Source of the DNA: Candidatus Latescibacterota bacterium
Lineage (GTDB): Bacteria > Latescibacterota > UBA2968 > UBA8231
Length of the DNA stretch: 64,000 nucleotides
NCBI GenBank assembly: GCA_007571365.1
Contig: RKRN01000109.1
Coordinates: 31,101 to 95,100 of the forward strand
Reading direction: 5' to 3'
The translations under genes and the position numbers were made by a program. A model generated the notes under the pieces. The model worked only from the letters and a program-made list of their open reading frames with translations. It did no database searches and was not told where the DNA came from. This document shows, piece after piece, positions 37,896-45,889 of this stretch; the first letter of the stretch is position 1, and the number at the start of each line of letters is the position of its first letter.

Positions 37896-39527
37896 TCACA
37901 GTTTGCTTGAGGGCCATGCAAAAGGGTGCCGGCCGTCGTGCCCGTACGTGAAGAGCGCTGTCCGCCTCGGTGACTCGGCCTCCCAGCGGTACGCCCCGTG
38001 ACAGACCGTCCCTCCCAAAAAGAAGAGAACAGACCCGCGACGCATTGGAATGTGGCGGATCGGCGTGCGCTCGTTGCAGACCCGCACCGAATGCGGCAAG
38101 GGGTAGCACGATTTGTGACTGCCCGGCACTACGACAAATCCGCCATCGTCGGGCCCGACGTCGTTGAGCTGCCAGGCGACGTTGATGCCCGACCTCGTGT
38201 GTACGCGCCCGTTTACCATCTCGTAGTGCTTGCCGATGCCGGTCGGGTTGGCGTTTCCCGAGTGCAGCATTTGCCCGCTTGAGCCTTTGACGTGGCACAA
38301 GGCCGTGTTCTGAGTTACCCTGTACCCTGGTCCAATCATCCAGTTCAGGCGCTGGATGACGGCCGGGTGCGCCAGCATTTTGAGGAAAGGCGCATTGTGC
38401 GGCGCCGGTAGCTGAAACAAGTCCTTCAGGTCCGGCCGGCCCGTGCCCGATATCGTCGGCGCCCCAGGGATGTCGGCAAGCGTCACGTCCCCGTCAAGCT
38501 TGTCGCCTACGCCCCGGTACACTAGGTGATTGAGGTTGGCGTCGATGCCCGCCACGGCCGCATTGACCCAATCGTCGTCCATGACGCCCTCGACCAACAG
38601 GAAGCCCTGGGTGTCAAACGCCCAGCGCTCGGCATGATCATCTCGGCGTTCGAACTTGAGGGCAGAGGAGGCCCTCTGCGCCGCGTCGGCATCGGCGGCC
38701 GAGGTGAGCCAGGTGGTCGTGCCGTCCGATAGGAGCAGGCGACGCGAGTCGCCGCCCGCCAGCACGGTTTGCTCGGCCTCGCCCAGCCCTTCCGCCCATG
38801 CGGGCAGGGGCTGCTTGTCCGGCTGGTCAGGTGGCCCCTGTGGCCGAGCCGTGCGCGAAATGAAATTTACCACGAGTAGCTCGCCTCCGTCGCCCTGCGG
38901 GCAAACCCCGTGCAGTGTGCTGGCGGCGCACAGCAGCACGTCGCCCGCCGCCAGAGCCGGGCGCTCGGCGAAGCGGCTGGAGGATGGAAGCGGTGGGGCC
39001 GGCAGTCCGCTTTTGTGCGAGGAGGGCACGACCACCAGCGGGCACTTGCCTTCTGCGGAGTCCGCGAGGGCGATGGCCACCACCAGCCCTTGGCACTGCC
39101 GGATGCGGACCTCTTCCCAGGCGCCGCCGGCCCGCTGGAGCTGAGTTCCGTCGGCGTTGCGGCCATTCCACCCCGCCAGGTTGATGTACGCCCGGTCCAG
39201 CGTATGCACCCCGCCTTCCAGTCGCAGCGAGGCCTCGTCGTACCCTCCTGCGGCGGCAGAGACATGCCTCGCCGGGCCGTCTTGGCGAAAGCCGTCGCCG
39301 CACAACTCGCGCACATAGCGTCCGATGGCACCGGCCTCGCTGCAGAGATCGCCCAGCCCATCGCCGCTGTCGCGGCACGCGGACAGCTCGGCTTGGCTGA
39401 GGAGTTGTGGTAGCACGACGAACCCGAGCGCGTCGAAGGTGAAGTCCTGCTCTATGGTGAGGATCGATGGCTGGTGTACGTGCGTCGCCTCGTTCCAGTG
39501 GTTCACGGTGTAAGTGTCAATGCCCAT
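37896..39527 (-). CDS. Tandem-domain PhyH-like Fe(II)/2-oxoglutarate oxygenase
   Basis: Two copies of FDxxGF...VVP(G/S)SHKS...HG; C-terminal copy has HSG instead of HxD. Confidence 0.8.
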   Translation of the reverse strand: MGIDTYTVNHWNEATHVHQPSILTIEQDFTFDALGFVVLPQLLSQAELSACRDSGDGLGDLCSEAGAIGRYVRELCGDGFRQDGPARHVSAAAGGYDEASLRLEGGVHTLDRAYINLAGWNGRNADGTQLQRAGGAWEEVRIRQCQGLVVAIALADSAEGKCPLVVVPSSHKSGLPAPPLPSSSRFAERPALAAGDVLLCAASTLHGVCPQGDGGELLVVNFISRTARPQGPPDQPDKQPLPAWAEGLGEAEQTVLAGGDSRRLLLSDGTTTWLTSAADADAAQRASSALKFERRDDHAERWAFDTQGFLLVEGVMDDDWVNAAVAGIDANLNHLVYRGVGDKLDGDVTLADIPGAPTISGTGRPDLKDLFQLPAPHNAPFLKMLAHPAVIQRLNWMIGPGYRVTQNTALCHVKGSSGQMLHSGNANPTGIGKHYEMVNGRVHTRSGINVAWQLNDVGPDDGGFVVVPGSHKSCYPLPHSVRVCNERTPIRHIPMRRGSVLFFLGGTVCHGAYRWEAESPRRTALFTYGHDGRHPFAWPSSKL

Positions 39528-39674
39528 AGTTAGACCTCAATGGATTCTGGAAGGTAAACGTTGTTTTTTGGCATCTCTCCGTCCCACTCAACCCATTAAC
39601 ATCCGCGGCTATACTATATATCTCAGGCACACAGGCTTTTTAATAGGTTGAGTTGTGGCCAGTACACAGGACCT

Positions 39675-41336
39675 CTACCGCACGGCAAACGCTGCCTCGA
39701 GCCTGTGCTCGTGGATTGACACCTCTGACTCGTAGCGGCTGTGCAGTTCCTCCATGTATTCATTGAACGCGTTCCGGTGCCTCTCGCGTCTGAGCTGAGA
39801 TCGGACCCTCATCTCAGCTTCGGCGAAGGTCTCGCGCTTGCGTTCCCGGGAGAGCACTTTGAAGATGGAGTAGCCCTCCTGCACCTCGACCGGTCCGGTG
39901 AGCTCGCCGATTTGGGCCTCGACCGCAGCTTCCACGAAACCGCCGAACTGGGGCGATTCGTAACGATGCACGTGGAATCGACCCTCGTCATCGCGCACTT
40001 CGAGCGAGCGAATCGAATGTCTCTTCGCCAGATCGCCAAAAGCGGCACCGTCCTCGATCATCCCTTTCAACCGCAGTGCTTCCATTTCTGTTCTTACGAG
40101 GATCTCCTGTACCTCGGTCTGTTCGGGATGCAGGAATCTCTCGGCGTTGGCCTCGTAGTACTGGCGCAGGTCGTCTTCCGCGATAGTCACTCTCTCCTTT
40201 AATACCTTGGACCTGAGGCCCCGTACCAGCAACTGCTTTCCCTGCTCTTCGAGCCATCGGGCCACCATCTCTTCGCGATCGATCCCTTGGCGCCTAGCTG
40301 CCTCCTGAATCATCACGTCCGGGACGATGTACTGCTCGGCGAAGGAGATCACCTGCTCGGCGTCGCGGAATGTCTCCAGGATACTGCCCTTGCGGCTTTT
40401 GGTCGCGCCAATGAGGTCGGCGGCTGTGATCTCTCCGCCATCGTACTGGTAGAGTGCGATCGCAGATGGGGCCGGGCCGACGTCCACCGCACCGGTGCGC
40501 AGTGCCTCGACGACAGCGGCTATGGCGTCTCGGACCGGCTCGAGGCGGTATCTATCCCTCAATTCCGCTACCAGTTTGGCCTTCGCGATTCCGCGCTTCT
40601 TTCGTTCGAATTCTTTCGCGATTCTCGTCCGCTGCCGCAGATTGAGTTGAGCGGTCATCTCATCGAGGATCTTGAAGACGATGTATCGGTTGCCGATTCG
40701 GACAGGGTCTGACACCGATCCTTCCGTGAGCCCGAACAACTTCTCGGCGATGACGGGAATGATGTCGGCCTTGGTGGCGAACCGGCCGGTGTCTCCGCCC
40801 CGGGCAGCGGTCTCTTCGTTCATCGACAGCTTGTGCGCGACGTCGGCGAAGCTCGCCCCGGCCTCGATCTGTTTGGCGGCCTTCTCCGCCGTCTCAAGGT
40901 CGGCGACCACGATTTCTCCCAGTCTGATGGCGCGGGCGAGCCCCTCTTGGTCTATGTACTCTTCTACTTCACCGTCTTCTACCGTAGCCTCGATCGTTCT
41001 GCGCTCGTATTCATCGACGAGCTTGGCCTTCCTGATCCGGTTCATCTTGGTCAGGTAGGCCGAACTCCTATCGAAACCTTGGCTTCGGGCTTCCATCAGC
41101 AGCAGTTCCGTGTCGATCATGGTCTGCAGATGGACCCTCAACTGCTCCTTCCCGGCCTCTTCGCCCTTGGTGTGCTCGGGCAGTTTGGCGAGGAAACCTC
41201 GCACGTCCCGTACAGTAATCGTCTGGTCGCCAACCTCGGCGACCGTGGGATTTTCATCCTGCGGTCCGCAGCCGGTAAAAATTAAAAGGAGTGCTAGACT
41301 GATTAGCGTTCCGCAGGAAAGAGAAAAAACGCGCAT
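39675..41336 (-). CDS. Lipoprotein foldase with two parvulin PPIase domains (PrsA/SurA-like)
   Basis: GGAGG RBS, lipobox IFTGC, GASFADVAHKLS...GGDTG and GAAFGDLAKRHS. Confidence 0.88.
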   Translation of the reverse strand: MRVFSLSCGTLISLALLLIFTGCGPQDENPTVAEVGDQTITVRDVRGFLAKLPEHTKGEEAGKEQLRVHLQTMIDTELLLMEARSQGFDRSSAYLTKMNRIRKAKLVDEYERRTIEATVEDGEVEEYIDQEGLARAIRLGEIVVADLETAEKAAKQIEAGASFADVAHKLSMNEETAARGGDTGRFATKADIIPVIAEKLFGLTEGSVSDPVRIGNRYIVFKILDEMTAQLNLRQRTRIAKEFERKKRGIAKAKLVAELRDRYRLEPVRDAIAAVVEALRTGAVDVGPAPSAIALYQYDGGEITAADLIGATKSRKGSILETFRDAEQVISFAEQYIVPDVMIQEAARRQGIDREEMVARWLEEQGKQLLVRGLRSKVLKERVTIAEDDLRQYYEANAERFLHPEQTEVQEILVRTEMEALRLKGMIEDGAAFGDLAKRHSIRSLEVRDDEGRFHVHRYESPQFGGFVEAAVEAQIGELTGPVEVQEGYSIFKVLSRERKRETFAEAEMRVRSQLRRERHRNAFNEYMEELHSRYESEVSIHEHRLEAAFAVR

Positions 41337-41368
41337 CGCGTACCTCCACTCAAGCTCGCGTTGGTGCC

Positions 41369-44077
41369 CTAATCTAGACCGGCGTACACCGTGGCAAAGG
41401 TCACTCTGCCCGTCTTGGACTTGTCATCTATCGCTCTTCTCGTCAATCTCATACCCATCTTCGTCTCCAAGCGGTAACCTAGGTAACTGGTGTTGTTCGA
41501 GAACTGTATCGCTCCGACGATTTCACCGAAATCGTCGATCAGTCCCTCCTTGACCGCGGTCTCGGATTGGCGCAGTTGGTTGAAGATCGTGTACTCCACA
41601 CCGGCCTGCATGGAGGAAGAGGAAAACACCGGCCAGCGCGCCAGCAGGGAGAGTTGCACCGCGTTTTCCCGGCGCTTGGGATCGGATCTCAGGGCCGGGG
41701 ACTCGAGCCTAAGCTCATTCTTTATTCTCGGCATGAGATCGACATTGGCGACCTTGCGCTCGAGGTCCACCTTGTTGATGAGACCGAAGAAAGTGTAGTC
41801 CTCGCGCAGATCGGGCTGTCGTTCGTTCTGGTGCCAGCGATCGTATTTGAACTTACTCACGAAATTCACATCCTCGATCTTGGTGTACTTGAAGCTCAGG
41901 AACGTGGAGTTTATCCACGTGTCCTGAGCCGCCAAAGGATCGATGGTTGGAACGTTCCGCCGCTCGAACTCGCTCCACTGGCGAAGATCGTTCTCGATGG
42001 TGTCCTTGGCGATTCTGAAGTTCTCGTAGATTTTCAACCTGCCAAGACCCGGATAGTCCCGTTCGAGGGTGAAGAGCACGTAGTTCGTCGTGTTCTCCCC
42101 GTCGCCGGCAATCAGTCTCTCATCCGTTCGTCCGACGATCAGCCTGATGCCCGGCAGCAGGTCGACGCCGCCGTAGATGTTGTACCCTCGGTGGTCCCTC
42201 GGATAGGGAAAATCCGGCTCGTCGTCGTTTTCGAACCGATCTACCCAAGTATTGTTGTTCATATCCAATCCGAACAGGTACTCCGGCCGGTCTGTTCCGT
42301 ATCTCAAGAACGGCTCGTCGTAGTCCGGGACGAGATTGGGCAGATCTTCGCTGTCGTTCTGGTTAAAATCGGATATGAAGTCGAGGTTTTCGTCGTACCC
42401 GGGAAACACCTCGGTGTCTATGTTTTGGAATATCCTCTGCCAGTCGGGGAATCGGTCCTGATCGTCGTTGTCGTCGACGAGTTCATAGAAGAACCTCCCC
42501 TTGTCTGCGTAGTCTATGTTGGTCTCGCCCCTGGCCAAGATGGTGCTGGTGTTGTAGTTGTGGGCCATGCTATAGGCTTCGCCGAAGAAGAAGAACGGAT
42601 GGGCGATCTTCGACAAGTTCAACATCCAGCCATCGCCTTCGTCGGAGGTCCCTAGGTGCTCGGTATGCGCCCTGTTGGGGTACTTCCTATAACTGATGCT
42701 GCGATCCCATTCCCCATATAGGTTGAATCCCCAGACGCGGGTTGCCTCCAGCGTGAACCCGAATAGCTCGGTAGCCGTCGGCAGACCATACGGGATCTTC
42801 AGGATGGTCAGGTTGGAGCCATCTTTGACGTTTTCAGCGGCCCTAGCAGCCAGCAGATAGACGTTGGCCAACTGCCTGTCGAACTGGCGGTCCGAGGTTA
42901 TCTCGATCCGGTAGTCGTTGGCGACTACCAACTCGAATGTCACCTTTCTTATCTCTGACGGATCCGGGCCCGTGTACGTCCCCACCGAGAAGTCGTAGAC
43001 CAATTCGATCTGCTCGGAGCCGTTCGCCTCCCAGAACCCCAGCTTCTGAAAGCCGCCTTGGGGCGCGGGAATCAGCCCGACTTCGCTGGCCCGGACGGTC
43101 TCCCTGTCGAAACGCACATCCCCCCTCGCATCGATCGTTTCGACGTCGGCCTCTATGATCAGGTCCCACGCAAACAGCGCGGCGCCGCCTTCGTTGTCCT
43201 CGGGCGAGTCGTCCGAGAGACGCACGAAGACTTGGGCGACGTTCTCCGCATTCTGACTGGAGACGATCGAACCGCTTCGCGGGCTGCCCTCGAAGGCGTC
43301 GATGAGTTGGGAGGAGTTGTGGGCGCTCACGTAGTTGGCACCGAGTCTGAGATAATCTCCAATCTGGGTCGTCGCGCGTCCGCCGGTCAGGGTCGTCGTG
43401 CTCGTCGTCTGGTTACTGGGGCTTCGCGGGCCGGCGGCACCCAGCGAGCTGATCCGCGAGAGGAGAGCCGTGGCCTCGTACTTGTCGGACTGATAGTCGA
43501 TCTGGATGCCATCGAACGCCGGCTTGGAGAAGGTCATCGGGGTCAGGGTTGACCGAATCTCGTCCCCTATGGTGATGGCCAGATTGTGCTGTCCCTTCTG
43601 ATCGGAGGCTATGACCAGATTGCTGAACCACTGTTGGAACCGTTCGGTCTTGAACAGGTTGCTTCCCCCCTGCTGGGGCTGGGTCTGGCTCCAGTCGTAG
43701 ATCAGCCATCCTCTGGTGATGTACGAACCGTAGATGTCGTAGAAGTAGTCCCCCTCGAGATTGGTCGTTACATAGCGCTGGTAGTGGTCTCTCGCGTAGT
43801 TGCTGTACTCCCACTGCTTCCACTGATATTCGCGAAACAGCTCCTGTGGAACGTACCACTTCTTGACCGCCGGGTCTAGCGCACCGAATAGGACGCCGGG
43901 CCCGGTCGGTTCGAACGTGAGCTCGCCGCCGCGGCGAAACCCCGTTATCCGATCTCGATCGGGACCTTGGGCTTCCGAGCGAGTACTGTACAGCAGGATT
44001 ACCGAGACGATGATGCACCACGTGGCCAGCGTACCGGCTAGGCGCATCGCACCTCTGACTCTATGACCGGTCACCAT
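41369..44077 (-). CDS. Large exported protein, putative outer-membrane beta-barrel with acidic Ca-binding insert
   Basis: RBS GGGGGAG before ATG 44077; signal peptide; many amphipathic aromatic strands; C-terminal TFATVYAGLD. Confidence 0.65.
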   Translation of the reverse strand: MVTGHRVRGAMRLAGTLATWCIIVSVILLYSTRSEAQGPDRDRITGFRRGGELTFEPTGPGVLFGALDPAVKKWYVPQELFREYQWKQWEYSNYARDHYQRYVTTNLEGDYFYDIYGSYITRGWLIYDWSQTQPQQGGSNLFKTERFQQWFSNLVIASDQKGQHNLAITIGDEIRSTLTPMTFSKPAFDGIQIDYQSDKYEATALLSRISSLGAAGPRSPSNQTTSTTTLTGGRATTQIGDYLRLGANYVSAHNSSQLIDAFEGSPRSGSIVSSQNAENVAQVFVRLSDDSPEDNEGGAALFAWDLIIEADVETIDARGDVRFDRETVRASEVGLIPAPQGGFQKLGFWEANGSEQIELVYDFSVGTYTGPDPSEIRKVTFELVVANDYRIEITSDRQFDRQLANVYLLAARAAENVKDGSNLTILKIPYGLPTATELFGFTLEATRVWGFNLYGEWDRSISYRKYPNRAHTEHLGTSDEGDGWMLNLSKIAHPFFFFGEAYSMAHNYNTSTILARGETNIDYADKGRFFYELVDDNDDQDRFPDWQRIFQNIDTEVFPGYDENLDFISDFNQNDSEDLPNLVPDYDEPFLRYGTDRPEYLFGLDMNNNTWVDRFENDDEPDFPYPRDHRGYNIYGGVDLLPGIRLIVGRTDERLIAGDGENTTNYVLFTLERDYPGLGRLKIYENFRIAKDTIENDLRQWSEFERRNVPTIDPLAAQDTWINSTFLSFKYTKIEDVNFVSKFKYDRWHQNERQPDLREDYTFFGLINKVDLERKVANVDLMPRIKNELRLESPALRSDPKRRENAVQLSLLARWPVFSSSSMQAGVEYTIFNQLRQSETAVKEGLIDDFGEIVGAIQFSNNTSYLGYRLETKMGMRLTRRAIDDKSKTGRVTFATVYAGLD

Positions 44078-44105
44078 GTGACTCCCCCTTACCTTTCGCG
44101 AAAAA

Positions 44106-45851
44106 TCAATAGACCAAAGGCAAGATCGCAGTCTTGCTTTCCTTACCTGTATCTGCAGCGACTTCCACGCGCACGAGGTAGACTCCCGGCGATAGCATTT
44201 GTCCGTTGTTGTCCGCGCCGTCCCAGATTCTCTGATATCTTCCACTGATGTCGAGGTCGGAGTAGAGCACCCTTTTGCGGTGGCCGGCGAGGTCGTAGAC
44301 TTGTACCGACACCAGAGTACTGCTCGTCAGGTTAACGATATCGTAGGTGACAATGGCTTGGTCGTTCACTCCATCGCCATTGGGCGTAAACGGAGCCGGG
44401 GCAGCCTCGAGGAAGTAGATGCGGTTGCCGGCGACCCGGGTGGTGACCGACAGGTCGTCGCCCACGGCGACGGGGTCGGCGTCCACGTCTCCCGGGACGA
44501 GCGTCTGCGGCAGGTTCTGCGGTCTCTGGGTATCGAAGACCCGGCCGACGAAGACGGTGTTGTAGTGCAGCGCGATGCTCTCGAACACGACGCGCAGCAG
44601 CCGGTCGTCGCCGGTGATCCTCGGGAAGCTGATTCGGACGCCGCCGATGTCGCCGTTTTCTTCTTCGATGTCCTCCTTGTCCCACGCCACGTCGGTCCCG
44701 TCGATCTGGACGGATCGGATGACCTCCACTGGTGCCTGCGTCTCGATGTCGAGCCGGTCGAAGCCACTGCTGTTGTAGCAGCGTACCCAGTAGGTCAGCT
44801 CGGTCGTCTGCCCGATCACGGCGTCTTGGGGCCACACCTCCCCTACCACGGAATCGGCCAGTGCTGGCGAGACCTCCACGGCGATCGAATCGACCGTCGC
44901 TGCCGAAAGGATGTCGCTGCTCTGGAACAGAACGCGAAACTGCCAGTACTGGCGAGGTGCAGGTGATGCGATCTGCGTGCGGACGCTGGCCGGATAGGGA
45001 CGAGACCATCCGCTCCACTTTAGGCTATCGCTCGGGTCCGGCGTACTGCCGCTCCGGGTGGATACGGTAGCAGATACTTTGGTAGGCTCTCCTATCGTCT
45101 TCTTTGCCCACATTATACTGCCAAAGACGGCCGGCCGACCTTCGTCGAACACCTTCGAGGTGTACGCAGCAGCCGATACGAACCCTTCGCCGAAGACCTC
45201 GAACTCGTCGATCTCCCATTCCCCCCGAACGAGCTGTTTCACCTCTATAAAACGCACGAACTGCAGCGGCACATCCATGTCGACGACCGGGTCATCATTG
45301 CGCTCGACGGCCCTGAAGAGCCTGAGATCGGGATTACCGGAGAGGGTCTTCTGCGCCTCGCTGCCGTCGTTCAGCGATACCTCGTACCCTTTTAGAAAAA
45401 ACTCCTCGAACCCTTCGCGGGGGTAAAACCTGATCCTGTTGATTCCGAAACGCTCGCCCAGATCAAATCTCAGTATGATCCCTGTGGCCGACGGGATCTT
45501 GATTTCAAAGGCCGTGTTCCTGCCGTCCACCATGTTGTCCAACAAGTCCTCGAATTCACTCTGGGTGACTTCGAGGACCGTGCGTGCATTTGGCGACGTT
45601 ATTTGCCCCCCCCTTTCGATCAACTTCAGGGAGATATTGTCTTCAGGATCGTTCTGTAAAGGTTGAATGGAACCGGGGTTGGCTGCGAAATCGATGACCG
45701 CTATGTCAGAATGTGCCTGATCCCAGGCGCGGGAACCCGGGCCACCTCCGAAGACGATCGTCTCTCCATTGCCTGCCGCCGCAAGTCCGAGGAGAGCTAC
45801 GGACAGAACGGGCAGGGCCACTGTTCTATGAGGTAATGTTCCAGTTATCAC
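44106..45851 (-). CDS. Secreted protein with discoidin-like domain and FlgD-Ig/T9SS type-B-like C-terminal domain
   Basis: PAPFTPNGDGVND...VYDLAG...WDGADNNG..LSPGVY; start re-set to GTG 45851 (upstream ORF part is a shadow of the neighbour). Confidence 0.8.
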   Translation of the reverse strand: MITGTLPHRTVALPVLSVALLGLAAAGNGETIVFGGGPGSRAWDQAHSDIAVIDFAANPGSIQPLQNDPEDNISLKLIERGGQITSPNARTVLEVTQSEFEDLLDNMVDGRNTAFEIKIPSATGIILRFDLGERFGINRIRFYPREGFEEFFLKGYEVSLNDGSEAQKTLSGNPDLRLFRAVERNDDPVVDMDVPLQFVRFIEVKQLVRGEWEIDEFEVFGEGFVSAAAYTSKVFDEGRPAVFGSIMWAKKTIGEPTKVSATVSTRSGSTPDPSDSLKWSGWSRPYPASVRTQIASPAPRQYWQFRVLFQSSDILSAATVDSIAVEVSPALADSVVGEVWPQDAVIGQTTELTYWVRCYNSSGFDRLDIETQAPVEVIRSVQIDGTDVAWDKEDIEEENGDIGGVRISFPRITGDDRLLRVVFESIALHYNTVFVGRVFDTQRPQNLPQTLVPGDVDADPVAVGDDLSVTTRVAGNRIYFLEAAPAPFTPNGDGVNDQAIVTYDIVNLTSSTLVSVQVYDLAGHRKRVLYSDLDISGRYQRIWDGADNNGQMLSPGVYLVRVEVAADTGKESKTAILPLVY

Positions 45852-45889
45852 TTGCTGAACCCAGGCTCCTTGGTGTCCTGTCGCGGAAA

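Noticed and set aside
41567-42655. 362-aa plus-strand ORF and similar long antisense ORFs (34285-35253, 44199-44966)
   Set aside because: Antisense shadows expected from high-GC codon bias of the real genes
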